Source: Eledone cirrhosa (taxonomy: Eukaryota). From it: a stretch of DNA of 64,000 bases. Positions 1 through 14,824 of the stretch are shown here, one piece after another; the first letter of the stretch is position 1; the number at the start of each line of letters is the position of its first letter. The stretch is taken from contig OZ024741.1 of assembly GCA_964016885.1 (NCBI GenBank), positions 101,990,001-102,054,000 on the forward strand, in the 5' to 3' direction. A model generated the notes under the pieces. The model was not told the DNA's origin, searched no databases, and saw only the letters and a program-made list of their open reading frames with translations. Made by a program: the position numbers and the translations under genes.

Positions 1-126
1 CTGTATTGTGCAGTATGCTGTAGATGTGAGGTTCGATTCCAGCAGACGGTATTGTCACATTTTTCCCTGTCATACTTCTATGTTTATAAATGTAAATGTT
101 TTAAGTTTATCATAAATATCTTTACC

Positions 127-175
127 TTTTCTGATGATTTCACCACAGAATGAAACAGAACTAAACCTGTAGAAA
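127..175 (+). ncRNA. Type I hammerhead ribozyme motif (Penelope-type)
   Basis: tttt-CTGATGA-t-TTC-accaca-GAA-t-GAA-ACAG-aactaaac-CTGT-A-gaaa. Intact core, stems II and III present, weak stem I. Confidence 0.55.
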
Positions 176-609
176 TCAATTACATTCTCTACTTCATGTA
201 TTAAGTACCTTATTACAATTGTAATTTTCTTCTGTTCATTAACAGAATATGGTGGTCAGTCTACGCGCGCTCTCTCACACTGTTACATAAACGACACTTT
301 ACAGAGAACAGCCCTTCAAGTACGTCATCACGAACTTCATATTCTCAGTTTTCAACACACACACACACACACTAACACGCAAACAGTATACCCAAGAAGT
401 TTATCTTATGATTATTTAATGTATGAGTGCCATTTCCGTTGTATTGTAATGTCTGCGCCATTTTTATTTAACTTATTTATTTATTCTTGTCTCTGTCTCA
501 TCTTTGCTCATGCGTTTGCGTACATGTTTTCTGTTTGGTGTGTGTGTTCGTGTAAATTAAATAAAAATGGCCTAGACATTACATTATAACGGGAGGAAAC
601 ATAATAGTA

Positions 610-650
610 CCACTGATGATGTCAAAGATGTGTGACGAAAGAACTTTCAT
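610..650 (+). ncRNA. Decayed hammerhead motif, same family as 9942-9984
   Basis: CTGATGA-t-GTCA-aagatgtg-TGAC-GAAAGAACTTT. Shares ATGTGTGACGAAAGAACTTT with the motif 3' of the Penelope ORF. Stem I is degenerate. Confidence 0.5.
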
Positions 651-869
651 AGACTATATAATATATTTATATCTGTATTTTTAACCATTGGTCAATCAAT
701 GATAAATATTGATTGCCAGATAAATTAACTATGGAGATATAAAAGATACAAAAACGAAAACCAATCCAAGCCAAACAGTGAGTGTGTTTTATTATTATTT
801 CTGGCAATATTATAACAATATGACCCTCCCCAAGTATAACAATATTTGTTTCAACACGATTTCATATCA

Positions 870-1228
<359 letters not shown>

Positions 1229-1560
1229 GAGAGAAAGACTACCCAATTTTAAAATAGGGTGAAATATTGCATTTTATTGAAAACCGAAACATCAGAAATT
1301 CATACTCTGGGTTTCATGGTTTCAATCTTCATACGAACACTGAAACAAATTATATACTGAGAAGATGATTAAAGGGAATTAGAAACACCAATCAATCAGC
1401 CAAACACTACCGGTGCAGCCCTTACATTGAAATATAGACTGTGGTATCTATTTACATCTAGGTTGACTGGAATATTTTCATTACAGATTTTGAATTATAT
1501 TTTGGCCACAAAACAGTGCATGACATGTGAAGTGGTATGAATATGAAAATAACCGTAAAT

Positions 1561-1720
1561 GCCAGCAATTATCCCAGTGCATTACTGGTACTTTATTTTA
1601 TCGACCCCGTAAGGATGAAAGACAAAGTTAACCTCGGCGGGATTTGAACTCAGACCTTAAACAGCCGTAACTCTATGCTGCAAAGCATAGCGTCCGACCC
1701 TCTACCGATACTGCCAATTG
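1561..1720 (-). mobile_element. tRNA-derived SINE with Nin-like core
   Basis: Reverse complement of TGGCAGTATCGG (A box)...GAGTTCAAATCCC (B box)...CTTTCATCCTTACGGGGTCGATAAAATAAAGTACCAG. Many copies occur in the window. Confidence 0.85.
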
Positions 1721-1789
1721 ATCAGTGCAACACTCAACTAACTCCCTTATTTATTTCCAGATCCAACCCACTCCATTTAAAATAACTTG

Positions 1790-2030
1790 TGTGTGCGCGC
1801 GTATGTATTGGAATATCGTCGGTTTCGACAAGTGATCCAGTTATTCGATTATTGGAACAACCTGTTCGTGCAAGTGGATCGGCGTGTGGCATGTTGGCCC
1901 TTTGAATTACAGGTACATCTCATTTTTTTCCAGCTGAGTTGACTGGAGCAGCGTGCAGCTGTGAATTGAACTCACGACCTTATAACAGAGAGCTGAACAT
2001 CCTAACCCCTAAACAACGTGCCTTCACACA
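1790..2030 (-). mobile_element. Second, older tRNA-derived SINE family (related copy at ~5820-6200, + strand)
   Basis: On the minus strand GGTTAGG...GGTCGTGAGTTCAATTC followed by ctccagtcaactcagctg. The same motifs occur at 5830-5930 on the plus strand. Confidence 0.55.
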
Positions 2031-2389
2031 GTGTAGGGCAGGTGATGAGATATGGATATGAATATGAAGATAAGCGCTGTTAACCTTTTCATTCAATTAA
2101 ATAATCTACTTTAAACTAACGTATGAAAAACATACACACAGACAAGCAAACAGACAGGCAGGCAAACAGCCAAAGAAACAGACACATCGACACTTTTCGC
2201 TCTGCTATGAATTGCTTCGTTTTCTTGATTAATAATTTGGCAACTAATTAATTACTAAAATGGAAATGTTATGGAAACTTTATTCATAGTTAATTAGAAA
2301 TTCTTGCCGAAATCGAAAACAATCAAAACAGACAGATATTATATATATTCACACAGTAACACATACACACACGCGCGCGCGCACGCATT

Positions 2390-2870
2390 TATATATAATA
2401 GAATTTCGAAGATAGCTGTATACAAATATATTTGAATTTCGTATAAACATTTAGAAAGCCATAGCTATGAATAATACACTGACAGCTAACGCCACCAGGT
2501 GGTGCCCGGAAGCAGGGGGGACAATCGTGGATGCATTTCGAACTTGACTGGTCCTCGTCAGGAAGATCTCTTCTGCTCTTGCAACTGTCGGACTTTGAAA
2601 ACAGACAAAAATATATAGATTTTTCGTCTGTGTAAATGAGGTGATTAATCTCATTTGCATATTGGGAGAATTGACGAGAACCAGTCGAGTTCGAAATGCA
2701 TCGACGATTGTCCTCCTTGCTTCTGCCAAGCACCGCCTGGTGGCGTGAGCTGCCAGAGTGTTATTCATAGCCATGGCTTTCTAAATGTTTATTTATAAAC
2801 ATACCGTATTTCTTTAGAAATACGAAATTCAAATAGATATTTGTATACAGCTATGTTCGAAACTAAATCC
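2390..2870. repeat. Inverted pair of Penelope-type terminal repeats, each with a hammerhead motif (2523-2568 minus; 2671-2709 plus)
   Basis: ~170-bp diverged arms. The motifs are CTGACGA-GGAC-cagtcaa-GTTC-GAAATGCATC and TTGACGA-GAAC-cagtcga-GTTC-GAAATGCATC. Confidence 0.7.
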
Positions 2871-2876
2871 TAATTT

Positions 2877-2914
<38 letters not shown>

Positions 2915-2926
<12 letters not shown>

Positions 2927-3844
2927 CTGAGGATGTCTGTCTGTGTGTGTGTGTGTGATTTCGAATCCCTAAAACTCGAGAACCACCCAACCGACTGTTT
3001 TCAAACTTTACACATGCAATACTTATGTTTCAGGGAGTGTTTTGAGCAAAAATAATTTCAAATTTTCAATGCCCTAGGGACCGCATTAGGCAATTTAGCG
3101 ATCTCGCTCTATAATTCTTAGTCTTTCTTTTTTTAGATAGATACATACATATAACGTCGTGCCCTTATAATATCTGTCTGTATGTCTGGCTGTCTGCATT
3201 AGGCCACTTCCCTGAGGATGTCTGTCTGTGTGTGTGTGTGTTCTGTGAGTTTGAATCCCTAAAAATCGAGAAGTACCCAACCGACTTTTTTCAAACTTTA
3301 CATGTGTATTACTTATGTTTCAGGGAGTGTTATGCACATAAAAATTCAACTTTTTTTTAATCTCCTAGGGCCCGCATTAGGTGAAAAACTGCGTTTTAAA
3401 AGATTTTTAGGGTTTTTTTGAGGCGTTACGTCAGACCGATTTCCTTAAAATTGTAACCATGTATTAGTCAGTCTCTTCTTCATACCGTAAGCAAAGAAAA
3501 TCCAACTCTCTTATGGTCTAGGGCCCACATTAGGTGAACAACTTCATTTTTTCAGCTTCTTAGGGCTTTTTGGAAGCGTTACGTCTAGCCGATTTTCCCA
3601 AAATTTAAAGGCATATTATGCACATAAAAAAAATTCATTTTCTTGATCCCCTAGGTGATCATTAGGTGAAAACCTGCATTTTTCCTGCTTCATCGAGGAA
3701 AATCTTAAAGATTATCCAGCTATCAGAGTATTCGGTTTATTTTCTTTACATATTGTTCAGGCATGCAGTTTTTCCACGATTAGGTCTGTTGGCGGCCCGC
3801 GTTCCAAAATACCTTATCCCGTGCAACGCCGGGTACCACTGGTA

Positions 3845-3845
<1 letters not shown>
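2915..3845 (+). mobile_element. Non-autonomous Helitron-like element
   Basis: The 5' part has a gtct/gtgt microsatellite and an internal duplication (2927-3090 vs 3212-3380). There are subterminal repeats (cattaggtgaa). The 3' GC hairpin cccgtgcaacgccggg is followed by a CTAG-like end (ctggtag) next to (TA)n. Confidence 0.6.
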
Positions 3846-3894
<49 letters not shown>

Positions 3895-4487
3895 GTAAGT
3901 ATGCACACGTACACACACATATATATATACACACATATGTATATATACATGCACATACATATATACATATATATATGTACGTATGGGTTATATCGAACAT
4001 TACTAATAATTATAAACAAACGGTTCGATATAACCTATACTTACATATGTATCATGTGTGTGTGTATATATGTGTGTATATATGCGTGTGTACGTGTGCA
4101 TACTTACATTTATGTATCAGCTGTGCTAGGGCGAGAAATAAAATCCTAATTTTATATATATATCTATATATATTATTGAGTAAAATGACAGGAGGCCGGG
4201 TTGATGAGATTCCTTCAAAGATTTATTATAGCAAACACTAAGTACATTTCAATGACCAACTTCCGTAGGATCATGTTGACATCATCGGGTGTTTATTGCA
4301 TAACAGTTATATAATAAAGGAATGATGGTAAACACAATCGAAGAAGATAAAACAGAGAGAAAATGCTTTCAACTCGAAGGCGGTAAGGGCCAGTTGTTGT
4401 CAGTTTGGCTGACCACTTTCCTAATATTACATCATGGTTGACTATACGGAATGACCAGTTCTATCCAGTGGTGAACCACCAAACATA

Positions 4488-4604
<117 letters not shown>

Positions 4605-5506
4605 ATGTATGTATAGTATATTTGGCAATATACCGTATGTTTAATTAAAAACATTTAGAAGACCATACGCTATCAGTTTTAAAGTAGTGACTATGTCACT
4701 TACTTCTTTTCGGCGAAAGAACGAGTGTTAGTATATATAAAGCATTGGTCCGTCGGACAACATGCTTTATTTAGTTACGTCTCTTTTTCATTTGAGTAGA
4801 AATACAGCCGAAATTAGCTTTGACTTTCATCCTTACGAGATCGATGAAATAAAGCGCCAGCAATGCACTGGGGTCGATTTAATCGACTTTTCCTCCTCTC
4901 CAAATTGCTGGCTTTGTGCTTAAATCAGAAACCATTATTATCTATTTCATTTATGTCGTTTTTACAGTAACACAATGGCGGATATATTTCTTCTTCATCT
5001 GTCTTTTTTTAGCGAAATATAAATCAGAGTAGCTTCCTGTACTAATAATTAACGAAGCACAAGGGAAATAGTAATGCTTGCCTGTCTGTTGCACGTTAGT
5101 ATGGCAAACTTTGGTTGTTTAGAAATGAAACATTGAGAGATGTTATCCGTATTCATAATATGCCAATATTGATAAATATGAATATGTACATATATAATTC
5201 TTGAAGTGTCACAGTTTGTTTACTTTACAGTGAAAAGAGATAGGTTTAGACAGACGTATGGACACATACACAAATACATTTATATACATATATACATATA
5301 TACACGATGTGTAAGTGGTGAATATATACATACATATATATATACATATGTATATATATATATATACATATATATATTGTTATACTTTGGGAGGGTCATG
5401 TTGCCAATAAGAAACACACGCAAATTCAGAAACGAAATACTATGTAAGTATATATATGAGAGAGTGAGAAAGAGAGAAAGATAGATAGATAGATAAAGAG
5501 AGAATG

Positions 5507-5545
<39 letters not shown>

Positions 5546-6025
5546 GAGATAGAGAGAGAGAGAGAGAGGGAGAGAGAGAGGGAGAGAGAGAAGGCAGGAG
5601 GAGGAGCGAATGATGACTGGGTAGACAACTTTTATTTTTGTTGTTTAGCTTTTGAATTTTTATTCGAATTAATTTCTATTTGGAAACACACGCCAATCGC
5701 CTGCAAGTGAAGCCAGAAGTGAGAATGATATTTTTTTTTCAAATTCACGTGTTATTGGAATATAAGATATATTAGAATTTGTCTTATGTCTTATCTTATT
5801 TACATGTCTTTAACGTGTGACGGGACAAGCTTAGTGGTTAGGCAATCTGACAACTCAAGCTTGTGGGTTCGATTCCAGGAGTATAGTGCCCACATTCTTT
5901 CACGTTGCTCCGATCTACTCAGCTGAAAAGAATGAAGATTTGCTTTAAATGGATCAGCTTTGAGACACCCCGAATTTCAGTACGTATACCTCTAGCTTAA
6001 TTCTCAGGAAAATTTACCGTGACAC

Positions 6026-6078
<53 letters not shown>

Positions 6079-6986
6079 TAAAGCTGGCTCTTTGAATTAC
6101 AGATAAGTCTATCATGTATTCTAGCGTGAATGATTGAGAATCGACCACACGGCTAGATTGGTATTTTATAAATCAACCGAAAAAGGATGGAAAACAAAGT
6201 TCTTTTTTTCTACTTTTGAAAGAAATCGGCTGTGATCCAACCTGAAGAAGGGTGGTCTCCGACAGGTTTTGATGCCCAACACTGCGCCAATATGATCCCA
6301 TCAGGAGTTAAGGACCCAAAGCAAGACAAGGCAATTATTTAATTGGTATTATATAAAAAATACTATGGAAGGATGAACGAGAATGTAGCCCACGGCATAT
6401 TTTGAACACAAAGCATAAAGAATTGTAAATAACTACCACAAGGTATTTAGCCATTTTACGGTTCTACAAATGTTGATTACTCTATCAATCTTAGCAAGAG
6501 AGGTTTACGGTACCAAAACTGATTTATGGATGGGAATAAATGAAAGTATCTCGGTGAAGCGTATCTGTGCTTAAATTGGGAACATAGATTGAACATACAG
6601 AATATAGATTATAAAGAGTGGGATTGATCTTGGAACCGTATGATTGTTAAGCAAATTTCTCAACCACTCAGCAATGTCAGCATCTATGCCTGAATTACAT
6701 AATTCAGCATTAATTCAGTATGTGTCCATTCAACTTCACTCACAAGACTTTGACCTGAGTCTATGGTACAGTACATTTGCCTAAGATTTCGACGCGAACT
6801 TTTTAACCACTAAGCCATGTCAGCTGCTTTGCCTGGAAGTCTCAGTAATCAGTATGTTTCTCCGAGACTGTATTTACTGTTTAACATATTCACTATATAA
6901 AGGCGACATTTGGTGAACGTGTCTAGTGTTAAAACTGATCACATTAGACGCCATGCTTTTTGTTTATTTTTACGATGTATCACTGA

Positions 6987-7062
<76 letters not shown>

Positions 7063-7601
7063 TCCGGTCATTTAAAGTTGTCAGGCATTACAGTTAACTA
7101 CTTACAGCATTTACTGAAGAGATGCTGTCTCTAATCAACTGAAGATAGACATATAAAAGTAGCAAAGCGATGTCTTTAATGATACGGAGATACACGAAGA
7201 ATACCAGATACACGAAGAAAGAAGATGGCGAAGTTGCAGATTTCCAAGATTAATTGACACTTGAAAAGTTACAAATACACTCCAGGAAAATTTTATTTTT
7301 ACTATCTCAAAACTTTTCACGTTAGTTTTCGAGTGTAACTTTCGCTCATTTGTGTGTCCCTGACGTCATTGATGTAACAACATGACGTCGAAAGTGTGCA
7401 GGCGTTACGCGATTCGTGATTATTAGCTAACATTTTTACTGAACTTCAACAAACACTTGTAATCATTTTAGATAATCTTTTCACCAAGTACAACGTTTAG
7501 GCACATAAAACCAGATCTTCTTAATTTCAGGGCCAGATAACAGATAACAGTGAATTTGTAGATAGTTGATAGTAGTAACGTAGAAAATACATACAGAATG
7601 C

Positions 7602-7672
<71 letters not shown>

Positions 7673-8439
7673 ATAGGAAACGGAGAATCAGTGGTGCGAC
7701 GAATAAAGTTTATTAGTCATATTACAATCGTTTCTCTGGCGACCAGCTCGAGGCACGATCGGTGCGATGATCGAACCTGACTCTGAAATCGCAAGATCCT
7801 CAGATACGTCTCGATTCTACGAAGCAGAGTTTCCAAAAGTCTGCTTCGTAGAATCGGGAAAATGATCGGACTGAGGCACCTATCGATAAAATACGCAAAA
7901 CTCATATGAGATGGAATCTACTTGTAAGCTGGCTAAATTTACACGGTTGAGAACCGTTACACACAAAAAAAAAAAATGAATCATTTCATTTCAATAATCA
8001 GCACCCAAATATTCTATTACCAGTTACACCTCATCATCTTACCGGACAAAATAATTCTTTAAAGAAAAACAATAAAAAATTATCACTATTTTTTATTTCT
8101 TTTTTTTTTTTTTTTTTTTTGAGAAAAATGTATAGATTGAACATGAAATGCGAGTAGAAACTGCGCCAAGATTTGCTCGCATAGTTGCAGACACTTCTTC
8201 AAAGTAAAATCTATAAAATGGAATCTGATAAATAGAAGGATGAATGTTAAGACGGCTTATAATACAATAATCCACTAAGGAAAAATAGATTTAAGTGATG
8301 GTAGACAGACATTTTAATGGCGACATTACTGGAAAATATTTGAAAATAGAGTTGGGCGTACTTAAAGGAGGAATTAGACAAAGACTTAATCAATAATCTA
8401 TAATCTATAAAAATGTGTTTTTCAATTTTCAATGTTATT

Positions 8440-8600
8440 ATAATAGTGAAGGTGGGGAAATTAGAGTCGTTAGGACGTCAGATAGAATGTTTTACGGCAT
8501 TCGTTTCAGCTCTCTGCACTCTGAGTTCAAATCTTACTTCTGTCAACTTTGCCTTTCATCCTTTCGAGGTCGATAAAGAAAGTAGCAGCTCAGTAATGGG
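8440..8600 (+). mobile_element. Diverged Nin-core SINE
   Basis: ctgagttcaaatc...ctttgcctttcatcctttcgaggtcgataaa. Confidence 0.7.
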
Positions 8601-9259
8601 GTAGGCGCTTATTTCTCTTTCTTTCACTTCCTCTCTCACACGCTTATATTGTCTGTTTCTCTGAAGGAAAGAAAGAAGCTATCCTCAAACTTAGAACCTC
8701 AGAATGTCAGAAAGTGATGGACTACATTTGTTCACAAAACTTACAATTTGTTGTTTGCTAACTATCTCCGGAGAAAACAATACCCCCCCCCCCGAAGATA
8801 AGCTCGTGTTAAGCGAAAACCAGGTAGTTACATTACTTTATCTTATTTTAAAATGGATCCCGAATTTATGTGAATTATGTAAATACATTTAAGTGAAACA
8901 ACTTTGTTTTAAAACGCTTAAGTGAAATAACTTTGTTTTAAAACATTTAGAGTATATAAAAGCTTTTAGTGTATTTTGACTTTGTTTATTTTTCCCTATA
9001 TGCATTTTGTGTGGATCTTAAACACTTTCACTCTCTTTATATAGAGTGAAAGGCGTGATCTTTAATTGCATGCAATTTCACCAGTCACGGTTGAACATTA
9101 CTGTTATACATATTTAAAGCCACACATATCTGATACCGATTGAAATCGACATCAGTCGAATGCACAAGAACCCAACACTTGTCGTATGACATATGCACAA
9201 TAGCTAGAGTGGCAGGTCGAAACCGGCGAACCAAACCAAGGCGTCATTTGTAGTATTAT

Positions 9260-9580
9260 GGATAACCTTCAGGCCACCGGGAAAACGTATGAGAGGGCAA
9301 TCCCGAACAACATGCAGTACTGTCTGGTCAGGGTCCTCACAGTCACATGCTGGGCTGTCTTTCATTTTACATCGGTCAAAGCCGGCTGGTTTAGATGTGG
9401 GGGCCTGGTCGAGGTCCTGGTTGACAAATTTGAATTCATTCCATGATCTTCGCCACTCTTCCTTCAGATCAAATCATTGTACTGAAGGGTCTTTATTGAT
9501 TCCCAGAGTGGTTTGTGTAATTTCAAGCACATGTATGAAGGTTTTCCAGGTCTTCTGTAAAGTATGTAAGCACACATAGC
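9260..9580 (-). pseudogene. Non-LTR retrotransposon ORF2 C-terminal fragment (zinc knuckle)
   Basis: The minus strand reads SPACDCEDPDQTVLHVVRDCP, a CCHC knuckle typical of LINE ORF2 C-termini. Confidence 0.55.
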
Positions 9581-9941
9581 TAGGTAGGTAACCAATTAAA
9601 GTTTAACTAGAACTTCAAATATAGATACCTTTTAAAATGATTAATCTCCTTTGTATATATTTCTTTAAATAAAAAATATATTTCACCAATTAATCAGTAA
9701 ATCACAGTAGTCAAATCCTGTATATATATATATTTCGTTTCTGAATTTGTTTAGCAAGATTCTTTATCTGAAATCGTGTGTTGAAACCGATATTGTTATA
9801 CTTTGGGAGGGTCATGTTGCCAATAAGAAACACACGCACCAGTTGCTTTCACTTCAATTTATTATAATAAATTTATAAATTTAGGAATTTATAAATTTCT
9901 GGTTGGTTGGTTCCACAACCAGATAGTTGTTTATATATATT

Positions 9942-9984
9942 GTCAAAGTTCTTTCGTCACACATTCTGTGACCTCTTCAGTGAC
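9942..9984 (-). ncRNA. Minimal type I hammerhead ribozyme in the Penelope 3' repeat
   Basis: GTCA-CTGAAGA-g-GTCACA-gaatg-TGTGAC-GAA-AG-aa-CT-T-TGAC, about 200 nt downstream of the ORF stop on the sense strand. Confidence 0.75.
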
Positions 9985-10187
9985 TGGGGATTCTCTTCTT
10001 TGTTTTTGTGCCTCTCCTTTGTTCTGTCCTACGCCATTTTGTTTCTGTGTGTGTGTGTTGTGTGCTCAGTCTGCGCATGCGCCACATCCGGGTGTCTGTG
10101 TGTGTTTATATTTGTTTATTTATTTGTTTATTTACATGTTACCGGTTGGTTGTTTGTTCTATGTGTGTGTGTGTTTTCATTTTGTCC

Positions 10188-12161
10188 TTAATTGTAAGTT
10201 GTGATGTTGCTGTTCCACTCATATTTTCTATTTAATTTTGGTTGTAATTCTTTTATGTTTATTGCCTCTGTGATTTGTCTAAACATTGCGTCTTTTCTGT
10301 GTGTAGATTCTATTTTTATTTCTATGTTCTCTAATTTACCCTTATGTTCTATTTTAGCATGTTGGTAGAGTACAGATGATTCTTTACTATCTTGAAGGTC
10401 TCGCCAGTGTTCATTTATCCGTTCCCCTACACTACGAGCTGTCTCACCTATGTACACTATATTTTTGTCTCTACATTGTTCTTCAGTACATCTTATGCTA
10501 TACACTACATTTCTAGTTTTACAGTTAATATGGGGGCTTATTTTACAGGTTATACATTTCTTATCTATACAGGGGGGTCTTTGGAAAGGGTATGTCTTGC
10601 TAATAAGTGTTTTTACGGAGGTACCTGGTCTTTCTACTATCTTAATATTGAGTTTATGTTTATCTAGGGCCCTTCTAAATTTGTAAGCTAATTCACCTCT
10701 AGGGGCTGTATCGATGAACATTACACTCTGGTATTTATTGCTATCATACCATGAGTTTATTCTATTAGCCTTATTCCTAGTTCTTTCTATTCTATTCCAA
10801 AATTTGCTCCTATACAAGGAGCAGGTCCCATTTGTGTCATTATTTACCATTTTTTCCTATTTGGTTCTGGCTCCTCTATACACTCTGATTCTATCTCTCT
10901 GATTGTAACCAGAGAACTGCATGTGGTGGATGAAGTGTTGTATGTGTCTCTCTAGTTCTTCAGGGTTGCACATGCGGGACACGTTTCTTATCACCCGTAC
11001 CAAATCCGCAATCAGTATGTTGATTTTGGTATGGTCCGAAACAGCCGAGTTTCGGTTGATCAGATGTTTGGAAGTCATGGGTTTGGCATAATGGGAATGG
11101 AGGATTTGTTTTTTGTTATTAATGGTATCTAACCAGAGCTCTGTATCTAGTACAGGTAATCGATGGTTGGGGTGTTTACTTGGGTAGTCTATAGTAACTC
11201 TAATACTCTGGTGGATGGAGTTAGCTATTTGCTGGATGCTTTCCATGGTGTTTTTCTCTAGTTCCTGACTGTTCTCTAGTGGGGGTGTCTTAACTACGAT
11301 GTTTATATCGTCAACATAGCGGGAGTACATTATCAGGGTTAAGGGGTCTTCTAATTGTTCTTTAAGTTTAAGTTTAAGTCTACTGTCCCCCCATACCATG
11401 AATAAGTTGGCTATGTCGCCTGCAATGCTAACACCAATGGCTGCTCCTTCCTCTTGGGCATATGTTTTTCCATTAAATTTGAACATATGTTCCTTAAGGG
11501 TTAGTTTTATGCTGGCCCCTACCGCATGTGCAATCATTTTCTTCAGTTCATCGTGGTTTTCGGGTGTCCGTATGGCTCTGGTCCACCCGTTCCATCTATC
11601 TGTGTGGGTTTTCTTGACCATTGAGGTAATGGTAGGTGGTCTGCCTCTTGCTGGTCTTGTAGGGCACAGGTTGCTAAGGTCATATGTGTCTAGGTAATTA
11701 TTACTATAGGTAAGTTTAAGTAGGAGTCCCAGCTCACTGGTATCAATCCCACGGAACTCAACATTGCTCTCACTGATCATTTCTACGCATTTCTCCACAG
11801 CAAAATCCACGTCAATAGATGGATACAGGGACACAACATCCATACTACCTATTATGCAGTTTGTTAGGTCCCTAGATCGGTTACTCTCGCCGATTCTGCT
11901 GAGGAGGTCCCCCGTGCTGTCACATACATCTGGGGACATTTCAATGATGGGGCGTATGATCAGGGAGAGGAAGTAGGACAGTCTGTAGTTACTAGCAATG
12001 TTAGCCCCACAGACTGGCCGTGTTGGTGGTCCCGTGACAGGGTCACTGCCCGTTCTGTGGTCTTTTCGAAGCCCATACAACGCCGGCACGTCATTGTTCC
12101 AGGCCTGGAAGTTGTTGGCAGTCCTTTTGTTGGGCTGCATTATATTCGTCCACATCACCAT
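10188..12161 (-). pseudogene. PLE reverse transcriptase + GIY-YIG endonuclease ORF with one in-frame stop at 10857-10859
   Basis: ORFs 10857..12161 and 10188..10850 are in the same frame and separated by TAG (K*EKM). A Cys-rich linker (CxxxxCxxC...C) precedes the GIY-YIG domain. Confidence 0.9.
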
Positions 12162-13591
12162 ATGAGCATTGAGGGCTTTTTCTCTATCCTCATGCTCCTG
12201 TGGTGTTACCTCTCTTGTGTTAGTGATGTGGGTTGCATTGCCTGGATGTAGTTTGGCAGGCTGTCAACCGACATTCTGCCAGACTTGTCTGTTGGAACTC
12301 TTTAATTATCCAATCATGCTTGCAATTATATGAGCAGCAGAAAGTATTAGATACATGTAAAATCGTCAACACAAACATCATAAATGTAAATTATCAGAAT
12401 TGATGCAAATCAAAATATTGCTAGTGATACTTAACTTGAAGACATTGATAACAAGCCAAAATGTTGTGTGTATAGAAGAAGAATAACAACATAAGAATCA
12501 GTGTAAAGATACAACTCTATTAATTATCACACCAAATCAAATAATAGAAACGAAGAGTTATCAGAGGCTTGCAAATTATAACTTCAGAATAATAAGAATA
12601 CCAATCATAACTTTGGAATAATAAGAACGATTGAGATCGACTCGACTGACGTTAAGATGACGCTTTTAATAGAAGAGACATTAAAATGATGTCAGGTGTG
12701 ATTAGAGAAGAATTAGATTATTATTCAAAGAACAAGCAGAGTTGAGAATTTCTGAATTCTAAATGACCTAAGAAGGAAGCCAATTTACACAGGAATAAGT
12801 TCTGTAATCAAACTGAATTATACGGAAATCAAAACTAAAATCTACTATGAATACAATGACTGACGTCAATTCTGATCATTCATTTAAATTTATGTATAAT
12901 GCCAGTCATGGCAAGCATCTTTGCAGCTACAGATTTCTCTAAATATAGATTCAATACCTCGGTGTTTGTTCTGGTTCATCAGTACAAAACTCGCCGAGGT
13001 CATTTGATCCTTTCGGGATAGACAAATAAAATACCAGCCCAGAGAAAGGGGACAGCTGAAATTGTTAAACAGTTTCACAAAATATTTTGCGGTATTTGAT
13101 CTGGTTCTGTTTACCAGGATTTGCGACTGGTAGATAGTATTAACAATATCAAGAAATTGATACGCTATTCATTTATGTTATTATATACGAGAAATAAATT
13201 ATTAAAATATCATTTTTTCTTTAATCCCTTCTACGTCTCTCTAAACACCATAAATTATAGGGTATCTCTTATGCAAACGATAAATTTATCGAAACGCAAA
13301 GTTCCCAGTTTGTATGACTATTCATATATCCAATAATCCTGATATATATCATATACCAATCCTGGACTTCAAAAATTAAATACATTCAACGCTATTGTTA
13401 TCATTATTGAATGCAATAGTCAACTAGTATATTTATGTGTACAGCTGAACTGTGTTGTTATAGCAGTTTCTTCCATTTGCTCTATGTTCATTTTTATATA
13501 CAATATTATATGATCATGTGATTATACCATGCATTCAGACTATATTTTTGTGTAATTATTGTTTGATACATATAATTTAATATAATATAAC

Positions 13592-13675
<84 letters not shown>

Positions 13676-14341
13676 AACAAGTATGACCCCGACGGCAGAG
13701 CTCAAGCCGTTTCGACGGCTATTTCTGGACTAAATAATAATTTTTAGCCTGGTAAATAAATAGCCGAACTTCTCAGGAGGTATTTCCTTATATGGGAAGA
13801 TAGTAATTGTCAAAAGGATTGGTCAAAAATGTGTTGTAAAGACAGATGAATCTATCATGGCATTTGGTGGGTGGTAGGGGTGGCTGAACTTGCCGGTAGA
13901 ACAAAGAGGTAGTGGGGGAAACCCAGTCAAGCGTTGAAAGTGAAATCTATACAGCAGATTCTAAGGATAGTGTATAAAAGGTCGAAAAAAGTGTACTGGA
14001 GAAGAGGAGGGGAGGGGCGGGGCGTTTGAAAGAATAGGTAAATCGAAAGGGAGTAAAAAAAACCCATTATAAAAATAAGGAAATAAATATATAAAAAACA
14101 ATTTCTGGTTACAACTCCATTTCCACAATCACCCAATTTCTTATTGGTATTGCTAAGATATAGAAAAGTTTAATAGGTGGAGAATGGGAAAAATACTAAA
14201 TACGAGATTGTAGTGAAAGAATTTTATAAAGCCGGCTTTACAATGGGTCTAACACCACTGCTATAGATAGTTAGTAATCAGCCAATGCTATCTTACAATG
14301 ACAGGTTAATAAGTTGAGAACAAAAATACTAAAATACTACT

Positions 14342-14450
14342 ACAAAAATACTAATACAAAATATTAATACAAAAATACTAATACAAACATACTAATACAA
14401 AAATACTAATACAAAAATACTAATACAAAAATACTAATACAAAAATACCA
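14342..14450 (+). repeat. 14-bp tandem repeat ACAAAAATACTAAT, ~8 copies, in the PLE 3' UTR
   Basis: Directly visible. Confidence 0.9.
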
Positions 14451-14824
14451 CTAAGAAATTTAGAAACAACAGAAAAGGAGCAGCAACCAGAAAGAAAAAA
14501 AATTACTGGGGTCTAACACATCTGCTATAAAAAGCCTAATCGGCCAATTCTATCTTAAAATTAGGGGGGAAGGGTTACTGAGGCTATAGAGGACCGATGG
14601 GCTGCATCGGGGTAGTCGAAAGGTGAAACAAAGACGAGGAAGGAGATCTGGGGTGAAAGGACTAGGAAGAGATGGAGGGAAGAAGGAAACATAGAGGAAA
14701 AAATAAAAAAAGTTACGTCTACCTTTGTAAGCAGGGGTTACCCCTTACAAAATTGGCAAGTGAAGGGTATCAGCCCTTGTCTACCCCCCCCCCCCCCGGG
14801 ACATTATGGGATTTGAGGGCGAGG

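Larger units (their letters stand above)
9900..12300 (-). mobile_element. Penelope-like retroelement 1, 5'-truncated
   Basis: RT motifs PTDKSGR, DVVSLYPSI, GAAIG and YVDD; GIY-YIG domain VVYSIRC...YIGETARSVGERINEH; hammerhead motif in the 3' repeat. Confidence 0.92.
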
